Shown: positions 11,149-24,495, counted from the whole stretch's first letter. The stretch: DNA of 59,742 nucleotides, filler included, from 3 parts of 3 records of this genome joined end to end with filler, not necessarily neighbours in it, one strand, 5' to 3'. Notes: generated from the letters alone by a model not told the origin. Numbers and translations: made by a program.

Positions 11149-14100
11149 TTATTTCCTGGAGGTGCCGCGTCCACTCGTGCTCGTCCGAGAGGTGTCGGGT
11201 CCGTCCATTCCAGTATCGGATGTAGCCAGGGCAAAGAAGAAATGTGGGGTACTGACAGGCCGGCCCTCCTCATAATCATCTTCCAAACCCTTCCCCTTTC
11301 CCTTGCGTTTAAACGTAATCCCTGTTTTCTTGGCTTTTGCATTCTTCAGGTCACCTTCCTCTTCCGAACTTGTCTCCCACATCTTATCCTCGGGCTGAGG
11401 CACCTCAATGTCACGCATTAGATTATCGTCATAGTACTCAGGGAAAGCCGTCATGCCCTCCAGCTTATGCGCGCGGGCACGGATATCGATAACAGTCCGG
11501 GCAGGCTCCTCCTTTGGAGGCTCCTTCACTCGCGTGGCTTCCACCATTGTCTCGTCAATAACGTGATTCATCAGCCCCAGCCTGCGTCTGGGATGTCCCA
11601 CTAGAGCCCAGATCGCTTTGACAAGCGTGAAGAAGTGGAAACCGTTTTCATCAACCCCCATTTCTCGTTTCAATAGTCGGTTGACTATAGGACGTGTCTT
11701 AGGATCACGGTACAAGGTATGAAGACGGACCGTAGCAGCCAGGACGCGGCAAGGATTGCAACAAAGTTCATTCGCGACATAGTATGAGCTTATGCAACAC
11801 GATACTGGGGCCTTCATAATCCGGAGAAGTCCATCGAGTCCTCCGATCACCACGTAGGAAAGACCGACAAATGTGATGACAATCGTAGAGAGAGTCACCG
11901 TAGTTAGGAGCTCCGATCCCAGAGTACTCAGATCGTCACTTGCGGAATCGAATATCAGACCACAAATGACGACTACAACAAGGCAACACATGAGGATGCC
12001 ATCAGCCAGATTGTCGAATTTGTAGCGGTACGGCTTATACCACAGATGCAGTGCAAGAAAGAACACAGAAACAAACAACATGAAATACAGCTGGTCAGCT
12101 GGGGCCAGCACTGCCAGGGCCGCACCCAGTGTCACAAGGAACTTGAATGACATCGTGACAACCTCCCAAAAATAGTATTGCGGCCGGTAGCTGTTCCACA
12201 GCACTCCGTAACGATCCCTGATCTGCGGATTGAACTTCGACTTGGCATGGTTGAAGCACACAAGGACCACAATGGTGACGGGTATGCCAAATGACAGGAC
12301 AAATATTCCCAGGATGTTGATGGGAAGTAATGCTATCCATGTGCTGTCTGTAAAGCACTCGATGGAAGGCTCCGCAGTCAAGACATACACGCCCGCTTCG
12401 GAATCGGTTTGCCCGCACCCATACAGCTCCACAACGGTGGCATGCACGACCACGTATAATAGAATAAGCAACCAGCAGCTGAACATCACTGTGGTATTTC
12501 GCAAGCGAATATGAAACTGGGCCATCCACTTGACCAGCTCCTGGATAACATCCCACGTATTGGTTGCGTCCTCGACCTCAACGTGGCTCAGTTCCGTCCC
12601 TGGAATCTCATACATTCTTTCCCGGTTCTGGCGCGCCCGATCCGCCTCCGTTTCCAATTTTTTTGTCTCCAGTTTGACATGACCCTTCCAGTAAAATGTT
12701 GCCGAGAATGCCACCTTAGCCACGGTTGCGCAGAGGTAGATAAATATACACGACACGAAGAAAAATATGGGGAAGAACACCCGGATAAAATACCGATCCT
12801 TATACATCTCGCCCACAGTCTTAGCGTCTTCTGCGCACTCCATCGAAAACAAGTCATTGACGTCAAGGGTAGTAATGGCGAAAGCGCTTGAGACCGTGTT
12901 AACTGTCGAAGGCCATCTGGTCTTGATGTTGAACAGGATCACAGTAAGCTGCAAGAACTTGATCAGTTTTGAGACCATCTCCGCGGTACGGTGGGGTATG
13001 GAACGATCCTCGGCGCGGTAGCCATTGTCATCCACGATATCTCCAGCTTCAATGCCGGTGTGATTAGCCTGCTGACTACAGCTCTTCGCACAGATTATAA
13101 TAAGAAAGCATGCAACGAGCAGAAAGCTTCCCAACACCATGAGGGTGTACGTCAACCACAATGGTGAGCTTGCGTCCGGGCAGGCAATGCACTTGCCCTT
13201 GGAACGGAAAAAGGTTTTCTGACACAAGCGACACGCCGTGCCCTCATAACCTGTCTCGCACGGACTCTGGTATGTGGTAGTCGACATAGTCCGAAGGGGA
13301 TCTGAGTGGATCACCGAGAGCGTCGTGGTGTTCTCGGGGGCATTGTCTTTCACCCAAACATCACCCGCGTCCACCTCAGGCGCATTTGGTTTCCCTCCCG
13401 GACAGGATGATAAGGGAATGCACGACTGAATATTGAACACATTTCCCGTGTCAATCCATTTTCCCTTCTCAGTCTCGGGCCAGGACTGGCCCTGGCTGCA
13501 CTTGGCGCCGGTGGGCGGGCACGGCTTACACGCGCGGCCTTCGTGTGGCGCGCCGTAGGTATCCTTGTTACATTTGCACGCGAGGATATGAATCGATCCT
13601 CTTGGAGACCACGAATTTTCAGGGCATTTCTTGCACACCGGCAGACCCTTCACGTCCGAATAGGTCTTCTCATCGCACTGGGCACATCGGAGCTGTCCGG
13701 TCAAGGACTGATACTGTCCAACGTCACAGGCCACGCACTCCTTCATGCCAGGGTTCGTGGCAAATGTCCCTGCAGGGCAGATTGCGCATTCAGCCGTGCC
13801 GGGCTTGCTTGCATGATAACGGAGAGGGCATTCGACACAAAAATCAGTTCCGGTTGCGTTCTGGAATGACCCAGGTGGACATGGCTCACTGAGGAGAGCG
13901 TGTTAGTACAGCACATCAATGTATCATAAGCCCGGGGAATTCCTACCAATTTCCCGCCCCGGCCTTGACGGCTTTCGTGCCTGCCGGGCATATCTCACAC
14001 TGGGACAGCGAGACACCGCCCCAGATAGGAAGTTGGTAGCGAAATGGGCACGGATCACAGCTGGTCTGACCAGTCAGACTCTCTATACATGAATTCATGT

Positions 14101-16815
14101 CGTAAGTCATGGCAGGAGGAGGCACGGTTGGCTCTTACGGTAGTGGCCAGGGCTGCATTTCTTGCATATTGCCGTGCCCGTGGCATCAGCGTACGACCCC
14201 GCCGCGCAGGCGACACATGTGCTGATGTCCGTAGCGTTGAAGACATGGCTCGCGGTTCCGTTTCCACACTGCTTGCAATGCTCGGTGGCTGATGCATCAC
14301 TGTAGGTCCCTGGGTAACACGCGTCACCTGGCAGGATGCGTAAGTACTTTGGGTATCATGGTTCATGAAATGCACTGACAATAAGGACTGCCAGTGCTGT
14401 TGGCATGAGTTCCTGCGGGGCATGGAAGGCAGCTCGTCTGACCAAACTGCGGCTGGTAGTATCCGACCGGACCTGAGATTGTTTTAGAATCCATCACTGA
14501 CTCTATAATACAACAACACTAAGCTCCATAAACTCACAAGGTGCACACTCAGGAGTCCTCTGATTTGCAGCAAAATAACCCGGCCTGCACTTATGGCAAT
14601 AATAGCCATTCTGCTCAGGCTGGTCCGTTCTACATGTATTTCAACATCATTCCCACGTGACAAGGCAGCACACTCACCCTGGTGGACAAATGTTACACGT
14701 CAATGGAGAATGCCCCTCGTGGATGCCCGCAACCGTCCCATTAGGGCACTTGCCAAACTCCACAAGCATCCCCCCAGCGGCAAGGCTGTCCGCAGGCCCG
14801 TGCAGGCCATATCCTCCCGATAAATAGCACGTGTCCATCGCACAAGTTATGTCAAATATGGCATCATTGTACAATTTCGGTGTATCAGGGTGCACGTAAA
14901 TATGACTGAAGGGGAGTCAGCTCAAGATTCCTGCTTGCCATGGTCGAAACGCACCTTCCCACTTGGGGGTTCAACAGGGCAAACCCGCCCTTGTCTTGTG
15001 GGTCCACCCACGTTTGTCCCAACAATGTGGGCATAAGAAGAACCGCCCCTTCATACTCGTCAAGAACAATATTTTGGCGCTTTTGACGGCGGCTGGCATA
15101 TCCATTGAGCTTGATCCCAGCATAGACGTAATTGGAATCAACAGCAGCCCGGCCGGGAAGGCAGAAGGCGGTCTTGAGAGGAGTCTTATGAGCCCCGATA
15201 AGCCGCATATCCTTCCCGAACATGCACACCCAGCCATCATTCTCGACACACGGAATTACTCCGATGTTCTGGTATAGAACATAGTAATCAGGAGGGCCAC
15301 CACCTCCTAAGTCCATCTTGACACCACCCATCGCCCAGTATTGATAGTCTGACAGGCGGGTTAGTCACCAGCAAGCCCACATATCAGACACCCACTTCCG
15401 TCCTCGTCCTTGGACTCAAACCTTCCCCCTTGCATGAACCAGTTCTGGGCCACAAACACCGCTGCACACACCGAATTCAGCATAGAGTCCAGATCCCGGC
15501 ATGGGCATCTCGATCATTCTCACCTCGCTGGAACATCCTAGTAATGATTTTGGTCTCCATGGTCATAGTAAAGAAGAACGCGTCATCTTGACCCATGTCC
15601 CGGCCCGGCCCCGCGCGATCAACATCACCATGTGACGCTCCACTAACCAGAACTTCCTGCAAGGGTTCATCCAAGTCTATGCCCAGTACTGCCGTGTCTG
15701 GTTTTTGTCCAACCGACAACACCTCATAGCGCCACGTCAGAGACGGGAGAGCCCGTGGGGTCAGTGCGCTCTGAGTCAGCCAGATGAGACTACGGATCAT
15801 TCCAGCAGGACAGCGGCACTCACATCAAGTCTAACAACGGTGCCTCTTCTGTTTTCATATGCATCCAAAACGTAGTTGACAGCGGCAAAGATCGTGCCCG
15901 CCGATGTAACCGCCATGGAGGGAATATCCGCATGCGACATCAATGTATCAAACGTAGTGATCTGCGATAGTGGATTAGTGGAGGGCAAATCACATTTGTT
16001 TTTCTGTGTGTGATGGTGCCCGCACGACACCTGAGAGAGCGTGACTCACCCCAACACCCTCGTCCACCCACTCCCAGTTGATAGCCAGGTCCGTTTGATT
16101 CATGCAAACTATTTTTGGCACCCTTTGCGAGAACGAAGACGTGACTGGCCGTAGGGCGGATATAGTCATGTAAACGAGGTCCTCATGCGTAGCAAGATAC
16201 GCACTGCGAAACCTAAAGGTCTTCGTGCTCTCCTCCCCTTCAACAATGGGCCCCGCGCCCTTCCCGAGGTCACGTACCGCAAGCACATTGTACGATGGCA
16301 AACCCTGTGGGCCATGTCAGATAACTAACGTTCCGCGTCCGCCGCCGTACCAGCTTAACCACTTTCAGGGAGATGTCGGGCAAAGGAGCTCCCTGTGGTG
16401 TCGATACAAAACTCTCCACTGCAAGACCACTCAGCTGACACGCACGGACAGGCCTCCAGAGTCACTTACTCCTTGTATTATTCCCGTGCCCTGATGATAC
16501 AATGCTAACAAACAAAGTATCCCCGCCCTTGCTGAGGCGAATGGAGGAGTAGACGTCGTCGCCGTTCGCGTTTGGGAGAATGGTGGACCCATGTGTGACT
16601 TTGACCTTGCCAGAGATATCAACCACTGCAGCCGGGTGTTAGCAGGCCGTCCACATCCAGCAAGCCCCCTCTTCAGTCCTCCACCCACCGTTGTTTGGGT
16701 TCACCACCGCCACTTCTTTAGGGGTTAGGCGGTTATCAGCTAAAGGGATCTCAAGGGCCGATATCGTCGCAAGACAAAGCACTAGCACAATAGAGGTCGC
16801 AGCCGTCCTACCCAT
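11149..16815 (-). CDS. Large surface membrane protein: signal peptide, propeller-like N-terminal region, Cys-rich (TNFR/ephrin-receptor-like, GCC2_GCC3-type) repeats, C-terminal multi-pass TM domain
   Basis: Signal-like MGRTAATSIVLVLCLATISA at 16815. Repeated C..C..G.Y/F motifs (CVACDVGQYQSLTGQLRCAQC; CKKCPENSWS). The 865-aa terminal ORF has many hydrophobic helices and the RYGVLWNSYRPQYYFWEVV...KPY motif of protist TRP-like C-terminal domains. Confidence 0.75.
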
Positions 16816-18096
16816 GACGGTGCCGCCCACTCAGCCGCAACCGTCGCTCGGTATCAGACCTCACCGCAGCCCCCTCCAGTCACGGAGGGAGAAGAGGTCG
16901 TAAATGTAGACAGCGATACGGAAGCTAGGAGAAGGGGCTCCGTCGATGGCAAGGAAGAACTCCTGCGGTTTTCGAGGCCCAGCCTGGCGTAGCCAAACTG
17001 AGGCGACACTGGCCGCACTTGGGTTCCGTAAGTTACGGCGTGGTGTGGAACCTAGAGCTCTAGCGATGCCTCGAGCGAAGTGACGGTTGGAGATCGACTT
17101 GGGTGGCAGGGCCAGTGACGCCATGGGGCACGCCGGGCGGCTCCCTCGGCGTGAAACCCGCCGTCCGGTCGACCTACTAAGTATGACGAGGCACCGGAGT
17201 TTGCTTCTAAAGAAACTTGGCATCCCAGGAGCTACGAGAGTCGCTAACACCACCTGTGAATCAGAGGCCAGTCTATCAAACGGCCACCACTCCACAAAAT
17301 TATTGGGGGTGGAAGTATTAATGACTACGGGGAAGGGTGTGGTCATTCTCATAGACCACCCTCCAGGGCGCAGCACTCCTAATTAGGTGCCACCACTATA
17401 CCTCGGGGAGGAGCGCCGCCTCGGCTGGTGTGCATGCGGCAGCAGCCGGGCAGGAACCGTCCTTGAATTCCACTGCCGGGGGAACGGGCGACACTGAACT
17501 CTGCCACAGTGAGAGCGCACGACGCCTTTGGGCACAGACAGACTCGGATTGTCGGGGTGCCGCTTTGGATCCGCACTCCACGGGCACCAACCTGAGCTTG
17601 TCGGGTTGTTACCCCAATCCGCCCGTCATGCGACCGCCCGGGGGGGTGCAGTGCGCCCGTCTGGGCGTCTCAGTCGTAAGCATGATACGTGTCCGGATAC
17701 TGGTAGGCCAACCCCATCGACAAGACTGATGACATCATGCAAAAACTACGTTCAGAGGCGAACCGTTTCAGCTCCACCACCATTGACCTCAGGCCAGGCT
17801 GTGGGCGGCGAAGAGAGAGTGTTCTCACCGTCGGCAAAGCTCGGCGAGCGTCGTGGGCCTCTGCAGTCGCCCTAGCTATGCCAACGTTTCGGCAGCGCTG
17901 GAAACACCCACGCGGCAATATTGCAGCTACCTACACCAAGAGGGATGGCGCGCCACACCGAGAGAGATGGCGTTGGATGCCCCTGCCACGTTGTTGAGTG
18001 GCTCGGGACTTCTGAGGAAGGGGTTGTATATGAACCCTCCACTTTCAATGCAGTCTTATTGCAAGGATTGTGCTGTGAGGACCCTGGTCGTATGAG

Positions 18097-18732
18097 ATGG
18101 CGCGGGCCTCGTGGACACAGTGGCAGGTGCTGTTGGCGCTGTGCACTTTGATGCTGTGGCCGGAGTTGGTCCTGGTTCGCGCAGCGATTTACACGGGTGG
18201 AGGCGTTGCTGGACGAGGGGACTTCAACGTCCGCCATGACTCGAATCAGTGTGTATATTGCTTGGAGCCGCAAAGATATCGAAACCATCGAATTGAAGGT
18301 AACTGCTATGTGACTGCAAACGCCAGTCATCCTGAGCTGAAACTACTCGCGTGCAGGCTTCACCGATAAACTTGGCTATCCGTTTGCAAAGCTGACCAAC
18401 AGAGACCCATCCAACGGGTTAGTGATCGCAACACTATGGACAGCTGGTGGATACTGCGCGTGGATAGGCCCGGGGTGTGGTACCGGCACAAGGTCGCGTG
18501 TCGACTACAGCAGGGAGGGGTCTTTTGGGTGGTTCACAGCCAAGTATAGCACGGATGGCTCCCTGGTTCGAAGTATGATCACGTCCACACCACGCGTTTG
18601 CATATATAATGGCGGGTTGTGTGTGTACCTAAGAAGTTACCTATATTTCTCTACTCTAGGTTCATGCAACTTCGGAGTGATCTAGTTGGATTCATGTTGC
18701 CTTATTGTCTTGAGATACGACTCCCTTGCTCT
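18097..18732 (+). CDS. Secreted protein, 5' part (multi-exon, truncated by contig end)
   Basis: Signal-like MARASWTQWQVLLALCTLMLWPELVLVRA. A GT..AG intron near 18299-18356 joins it in frame to ORF 18422-18685, which contains FTAKYSTDGSLV (propeller-repeat-like). Confidence 0.5.
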
Positions 18733-18832
18733 NNNNNNNNNNNNNNNNNNNNNNNNNNNNNNNNNNNNNNNNNNNNTTAATTAATTAANNNNNNNNNNNN
18801 NNNNNNNNNNNNNNNNNNNNNNNNNNNNNNNN
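18733..18832. other. Artificial contig spacer N44-TTAATTAATTAA-N44
   Basis: N runs flank a six-frame stop linker; composition and taxon change abruptly across it. Confidence 0.99.
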
Positions 18833-20515
18833 TCAGACGATAAAAAAGTCATTTTTTCAATGGTCGGTGTTTCGAAAAGCACCCCGCAGGGAAAACAAAT
18901 CATAAAGAATATCTATCTCTCGTTTTATTACGGAGCAAAAATTGGAATCATTGGTCTAAATGGTTCTGGAAAATCTACAGTAATGAAAATTATTGCGGGA
19001 TTGGATAATGCCTACCAAGGAGATGTTGTTTTCTCTGATGGATATACAGTCGGTTACTTGCCACAAGAGCCTGAGCTCGATGAATCCAAAACGGTGAAAG
19101 AAATCGTAATGGAAGGTGCACAGGAAACTGTAGATGCTCTTAAGGAATTCGAAGAAATCAATAATTCATTCATGGACGAAGAAATCATGAATGATCCTGA
19201 TAAAATGGATAAGTTGATTACTCGCCAAGGTCAAGTGCAAGATCGAATTGATGCGTTGGATGCTTGGGAGTTGGATACAAAATTGGAACGAGCGATGGAT
19301 GCCCTGAGATGTCCACCTGACGATCAGAAAATCGGAACACTTTCCGGAGGAGAAAGAAGACGTGTCGCGCTTTGCCGTTTATTACTTAAAAATCCAGATA
19401 TTTTATTGTTGGATGAGCCAACCAATCACTTGGATGCTGAGTCGATTGAATGGCTTGAGCAGCACCTACAGCAATATGCAGGAACCGTGATCGCTGTAAC
19501 TCACGACCGTTACTTCCTTGACAATGTAGCTGGTTGGATTCTTGAATTGGATCGTGGAGAAGGAATTCCATGGAAAGGAAATTATACTTCATGGTTGGAA
19601 CAAAAAGGAAATCGCCTGAAAGAAGAGGAGAAAACAGAGTCGAAACGCCAAAAAATGCTTGCACGTGAGTTGGAGTGGGTGAGAATGAACCCAAAAGGAC
19701 GTCACGCGAAAAATAAAGCACGGATCGCTAACTACGACAAAATGCTTTCAGAAGACAGCAAGTCTAAAGAAGATATGTTGGAAATGCCAATCCCGAATGG
19801 ACCTCGATTGGGAAGTAACGTGATTGATGCAGTTGCCGTTTCTAAAGGTTTTGGAGATAAATTACTTTATGGAGATTTGAATTTCAAACTTCCACCAGCG
19901 GGAATTGTTGGAATTATCGGACCAAATGGTGCCGGTAAAACAACAATTTTCAAAATGATTATGGATGAATTACAGCCAGATAGCGGACAATTTGAAGTCG
20001 GAGAGACGGTGAAATTGGGGTATGTAGATCAATCTCACGAAGATATCCATCCAGACAAAACTGTATTTGAGGTAGTTTCAAATGGACTTGAGTACGTAGA
20101 AATTGGGAATCAAAAAATCAATTCACGTGCATACCTTTCTAAGTTCAATTTTGCAGGATCAGACCAAAATAAAAAAGTTGGAATCCTTTCTGGTGGAGAA
20201 CGAAATCGCCTTCACTTGGCAATGACCTTGAAAATTGAAGCAAACGTGCTTTTACTCGATGAGCCTACAAATGATATCGACGTAAATACCTTGCGTGCAC
20301 TGGAAGAAGGAATTCAAAATTTTGCTGGATGTGCTGTGGTAATTTCTCACGACAGATGGTTCTTGGATAGAATTTGTACACATATTCTCGCTTTCGAAGG
20401 TGATTCTGAAGTGTATTGGTTTGAAGGATCCTATTCTGAATACGAAGAGAATCGTAAAAAACGCCTTGGCGATAGTGGACCAAAGCGAATTCGTTACAAG
20501 AAATTGATTAAATAA
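18833..20515 (+). CDS. ettA: Energy-dependent translational throttle protein EttA (ABC-F ATPase); start codon just off the contig
   Basis: Two ABC domains ([43 protein letters not shown]); frame is open from the contig edge ([10 protein letters not shown]). Confidence 0.95.
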   Translation, partial: SDDKKVIFSMVGVSKSTPQGKQIIKNIYLSFYYGAKIGIIGLNGSGKSTVMKIIAGLDNAYQGDVVFSDGYTVGYLPQEPELDESKTVKEIVMEGAQETVDALKEFEEINNSFMDEEIMNDPDKMDKLITRQGQVQDRIDALDAWELDTKLERAMDALRCPPDDQKIGTLSGGERRRVALCRLLLKNPDILLLDEPTNHLDAESIEWLEQHLQQYAGTVIAVTHDRYFLDNVAGWILELDRGEGIPWKGNYTSWLEQKGNRLKEEEKTESKRQKMLARELEWVRMNPKGRHAKNKARIANYDKMLSEDSKSKEDMLEMPIPNGPRLGSNVIDAVAVSKGFGDKLLYGDLNFKLPPAGIVGIIGPNGAGKTTIFKMIMDELQPDSGQFEVGETVKLGYVDQSHEDIHPDKTVFEVVSNGLEYVEIGNQKINSRAYLSKFNFAGSDQNKKVGILSGGERNRLHLAMTLKIEANVLLLDEPTNDIDVNTLRALEEGIQNFAGCAVVISHDRWFLDRICTHILAFEGDSEVYWFEGSYSEYEENRKKRLGDSGPKRIRYKKLIK

Positions 20516-20748
20516 TGGGAGAACCTTCAAATGATCCACTGCACGGGAAAACACTAGAGTTTATTTTGAACGAACTAGTGAAAAATCTCGGGTGGAAACA
20601 CATGGGGGAATTGGTTCCAATTAATTGTTTTTTAAGCGATCCAAGCATAAAAAGTAGTTTGAAGTTTTTGAGAAAAACACCATGGGCAAGAGCCAAAGTG
20701 GAAAAAATGTACATCGAACGATTAGTTCAGTTTTTAGATAAAAAATGA
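20515..20748 (+). CDS. VF530/DUF2132 family small protein
   Basis: [10 protein letters not shown]...INCF...[21 protein letters not shown] signature. Confidence 0.9.
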   Translation: MGEPSNDPLHGKTLEFILNELVKNLGWKHMGELVPINCFLSDPSIKSSLKFLRKTPWARAKVEKMYIERLVQFLDKK

Positions 20749-22202
20749 GTGTAAGAAATTTAGAACCAAGTGGATTGTGGAATCATTTTGCCGATTTGAA
20801 TGCGGTACCTCGACCTTCGAAAAAGGAAGAGCGTGTGATTCAATTCATGATGGATTTTGGAAATAATCTAGGATTGGAAACAATTCAAGATAAAATAGGA
20901 AATGTAATTGTTAAAAAGCCTGCTTCAAAAGGGATGGAGAACCGAAAAACGGTAATTCTGCAATCCCACTTGGATATGGTGCATCAGAAAAACGCGGATA
21001 CTGAGTTCGATTTTGATTCTCAAGGAATTGAAATGAGAGTAAATGGAGATTGGGTAGATGCTAACGGAACAACGCTTGGTGCGGATAACGGAATTGGTGT
21101 GGCCGCAATTATGGCTGTATTGTCTTCTGAAACTATTGAGCATCCTGCAATTGAAGCCATGTTTACGATTGACGAGGAGACTGGAATGACTGGAGCGATG
21201 CAACTCGATCCATCGAATTTCTCAGGTGAGATACTATTGAACTTGGATACTGAAGATGATGACGAATTATCGATCGGATGTGCTGGTGGTATAGATACAA
21301 ATACAGAATTTCAATACAAAGAAACTGATATTGAAGAAGATAGCAGTTGTTTTGAAATCAAGATTCGCGGACTTGTTGGTGGTCATTCAGGAATGGATAT
21401 CGATAAAGGACGTGCGAATGCGAATAAATTAATGAATAGAGTGTTAATGCATTTGGCTTCAGAAATGAAGTTTCAACTTGTGTCGATTGATGGAGGAAGC
21501 TTGAGAAATGCCATTCCGCGTGAATCATCAGCGGTGATTGCAATTAATCATGAGTTCGATGGTCAACTTGAAGTAGAATTCTATGCAATTTCCGCATTGA
21601 TCAAAAAGGAGTTCGAGAGAATCGAAGAAAATTTAAGCATGACGCTTGCGCCAACAACTGATGCAAAAGGAGCGGTTCCAACAGTATTGGCAGAAAAGAT
21701 TTTTAAAACACTGGCTGCCGTTCACAATGGTGTGTTCCGAATGAGCCCAGATATTAAAGGATTAGTTGAGACTTCTTCTTCTTTAGCACGCGTGATTGTT
21801 GGAAATGGAAAGTTTTCGACGCAATCGTTACAAAGAAGTAGTGTTGAATCGACAAAAACAGAAGTAGCCCAAACTGTGCGCGCTCCTTTTGATTTAATGG
21901 AATGTGACGTGGTGCAAAATGGAGACTATCCAGGATGGCAACCAAATCCAAATTCGGAAATTCTAACGATTATGGCTGATTTGTACAAAACTTCGTTCAA
22001 TGAAGAGCCACAAGTTAAGGCATGTCACGCAGGACTAGAATGTGGGATTTTACTCCAGCACTTGCCAACTGTTGATATGATTTCATTTGGACCGAATATC
22101 CGTGCAGCTCATTCACCAGACGAAAAAGTGCAAATTTCTTCAGTGCAAAAATTCTGGGGGTATTTTATTGAAACTCTCAAAAGAATCCCAAGTCGGGTAT
22201 GA
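20745..22202 (+). CDS. pepD: Aminoacyl-histidine dipeptidase (M20 family)
   Basis: [50 protein letters not shown] motifs. Confidence 0.95.
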   Translation: MSVRNLEPSGLWNHFADLNAVPRPSKKEERVIQFMMDFGNNLGLETIQDKIGNVIVKKPASKGMENRKTVILQSHLDMVHQKNADTEFDFDSQGIEMRVNGDWVDANGTTLGADNGIGVAAIMAVLSSETIEHPAIEAMFTIDEETGMTGAMQLDPSNFSGEILLNLDTEDDDELSIGCAGGIDTNTEFQYKETDIEEDSSCFEIKIRGLVGGHSGMDIDKGRANANKLMNRVLMHLASEMKFQLVSIDGGSLRNAIPRESSAVIAINHEFDGQLEVEFYAISALIKKEFERIEENLSMTLAPTTDAKGAVPTVLAEKIFKTLAAVHNGVFRMSPDIKGLVETSSSLARVIVGNGKFSTQSLQRSSVESTKTEVAQTVRAPFDLMECDVVQNGDYPGWQPNPNSEILTIMADLYKTSFNEEPQVKACHAGLECGILLQHLPTVDMISFGPNIRAAHSPDEKVQISSVQKFWGYFIETLKRIPSRV

Positions 22203-22423
22203 GCAGTGGATCAGGAAACCATGAATTGGTAGACTTGGCAAATGCACGAATGCCATACGGGAAATATGAAGGTAAATTACTTTTGTATCTACCCGAAAAT
22301 TATTTAGTATGGTATAAAGGAAAAGGATTTCCCGCAGGTAAACTTGGTCGTCAATTAGAATTGATGCTTGAAATTAAAACTAACGGATTAGAAGAGTTGA
22401 TTCAACCGTTGGTTAAGCGTTAA
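22199..22423 (+). CDS. DUF3820 family protein
   Basis: MPYGKYEG...LPENYLVW...GFPAGKLG...EIKTNGLE signature. Confidence 0.88.
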   Translation: MSSGSGNHELVDLANARMPYGKYEGKLLLYLPENYLVWYKGKGFPAGKLGRQLELMLEIKTNGLEELIQPLVKR

Positions 22424-22462
22424 CGACTTGTTGCTTAGCGGCAATAAACGTATTTTTAAGAA

Positions 22463-23032
22463 ATGGAAAATGATCGTTTTGAATATCTCAATACGAATAG
22501 GTTATTACTTCGAAAGATAACACCTGAGCTTTATCAATTGGTTTTCAGAACCTTGAGCGATAGTAATCTCATGAAGTTTTTTGGTTTTTCAACAAAAGAG
22601 GAACTTCTAAATGAAAGAGTCAAATTTTTAAAAGGAGTGGCGACACACAACAAGTCGTTTCTATATTTTCAATTGATTGAGCCGAAATCCAAGGAAATAA
22701 TAGGTTGGTGTGGATTTCATACATGGTATTTAGATCATTCCAGGGCCGAAATTGGCTACGGACTTTATTCTGACGAATTTAAAAATACAGGATTGATGTC
22801 GGAAGCAATGACTAAAATTGTCGAGTTTGGTTTTTCTAGCATGAAATTGAATCGAATAGAGGCCTTTATTTCTCCGTCGAACGAACCTTCGTTGAAGCTC
22901 GCACGAAAATTCGGTTTTAAAAACGAAGGATGTTTAAAGAGCCATTACCTATTTAATGGTACGTTTGAAGATTCTGAAATTTTTGGTTTACTGAAGGCTG
23001 ATTATGAATATGCTGTAAAGAATAGCGTTTAA
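22463..23032 (+). CDS. GNAT family N-acetyltransferase (RimJ/RimL-like)
   Basis: LNTNRLLLR...AEIGYGL...GLMSEA...LNRIEA...N.PS..L..K.GF..EG. Confidence 0.88.
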   Translation: MENDRFEYLNTNRLLLRKITPELYQLVFRTLSDSNLMKFFGFSTKEELLNERVKFLKGVATHNKSFLYFQLIEPKSKEIIGWCGFHTWYLDHSRAEIGYGLYSDEFKNTGLMSEAMTKIVEFGFSSMKLNRIEAFISPSNEPSLKLARKFGFKNEGCLKSHYLFNGTFEDSEIFGLLKADYEYAVKNSV

Positions 23033-23073
23033 AAATTAAACGTTTCACTCATTTGAATCGTTATGTCATAGAT

Positions 23074-24495
23074 ATGATAAGAAAATTGGTTTTTTGGATC
23101 GTGTTTTTTACTTCGACCTGTTTTGGTCAAGAAGAAATAGAGATTGGAACTAAAAAATTCTCCAGTGCTGAATTGAGAAAAGATTTTGAGCTAGTTTCAT
23201 CTACACTCCGTGAAATTCATCCTGGCGTTTACCATTTTATTTCGGAGGATAGTTTGAATCGACTTTCGGAGCAATACCTTGCGGAATTGAATGAACCGTT
23301 AACGGAAGAAGAGTTTCATGTACTTGTTCGCCAATTTGTTCGCGTGATAGGTTGTGGACACGTTACCGCAAAACCATCTGAAGATTGGTACGAGAAAAGA
23401 AGATTGAATCCTTACCTGATCCCGTTGAATGTGTATATTATTGACAATGAACTTTATGTCAAAGATGTGCTGGATACAACGGTTAATATTCAGTCTGGAT
23501 GGAAAATTTTATCCATCGATAATGTATTGTCTCAAGAAATACTATCTCAACTAACCGCCATTCATGAGCACGATGGATTTAATGAAACATTTGAAATCAG
23601 AAAAATAGAAAAGAGCTTTCAAACTTATTATTTGTTTTTGACAGGTGTAAAGCGAGAATTTGAAGTTGAGCTTGAGTCTTTTGAAAAGGATACTATTTTT
23701 GTAAAATTAGAGAAGGCGAGAGGAAGACGAATCAGGGAAGATGCGAATTTTGATTTCCAGAACAAATTGGTGTCAAAATCTAACGAGTTTGGAATTTTAG
23801 CAAAAGATTCAACAATTGCGGTTCTTGACTTGAATTCATTCGATTCAAAAGGATATAGTAAATTTTACAAAAAAGGATTTAAACTTCTCGAAGCACAAGA
23901 GGTTGAGACCTTAGTTATTGATCTTCGTGGAAATGGAGGTGGTTACTTTCCGAATGGAAATCAACTTTTGAGGTATTTGCTTCCAGATAATTTCACAACC
24001 AATTTTTGGACGAAGAAACATAAGATTAAAAGATCATCTTATTTATCGATGGATCCTGGAAGTAGAGTTACACGAAAGTTATTTAATTTAATGCCTGACA
24101 AGGATAAAGCTGATCCGAATAGAAACTATGAAATTCGTTACCGAAAAATTAAGAAGAATCATTTCAATGGAAAAGTGTACGTTTTAACTGACGGAGCAAC
24201 ATTTTCAATGGGGAGTTACGTTGCTTCTAAACTTCAAAACTATTCAGATGCAATTACCTTGGGTGAAGAAACGGGCGGTGGAGAGGCTGGATTCAATGCT
24301 GTGCTCTCGTGGAGTTTAACTTTACCTTCAACGAAAATTCGAATTTCAATTCCAAATTATCACATTGATCTTCAGGTACAGACGGAATTGGAAGGGAGAG
24401 GAGTGATGCCAAACATTCCAATTCACTATACGATTGAAGATAAAATCAATCATAGAGATCTTGAAATGGAATATATTTTCAATAATTTACGTTAA
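23074..24495 (+). CDS. S41 family peptidase, secreted
   Basis: Signal peptide; LVIDLRGNGGG, TFSMGS, GEETGG, GRGVMP motifs. Confidence 0.88.
   Translation: MIRKLVFWIVFFTSTCFGQEEIEIGTKKFSSAELRKDFELVSSTLREIHPGVYHFISEDSLNRLSEQYLAELNEPLTEEEFHVLVRQFVRVIGCGHVTAKPSEDWYEKRRLNPYLIPLNVYIIDNELYVKDVLDTTVNIQSGWKILSIDNVLSQEILSQLTAIHEHDGFNETFEIRKIEKSFQTYYLFLTGVKREFEVELESFEKDTIFVKLEKARGRRIREDANFDFQNKLVSKSNEFGILAKDSTIAVLDLNSFDSKGYSKFYKKGFKLLEAQEVETLVIDLRGNGGGYFPNGNQLLRYLLPDNFTTNFWTKKHKIKRSSYLSMDPGSRVTRKLFNLMPDKDKADPNRNYEIRYRKIKKNHFNGKVYVLTDGATFSMGSYVASKLQNYSDAITLGEETGGGEAGFNAVLSWSLTLPSTKIRISIPNYHIDLQVQTELEGRGVMPNIPIHYTIEDKINHRDLEMEYIFNNLR

Noticed and set aside
16861-18095. Overlapping 60-170 aa ORFs, possible transposon remnant
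   Set aside because: No RT, integrase or transposase motifs, and no TIR or LTR seen
18700-18900. Apparent eukaryote-bacterium junction suggesting HGT
   Set aside because: The junction is a synthetic N/TTAATTAATTAA spacer
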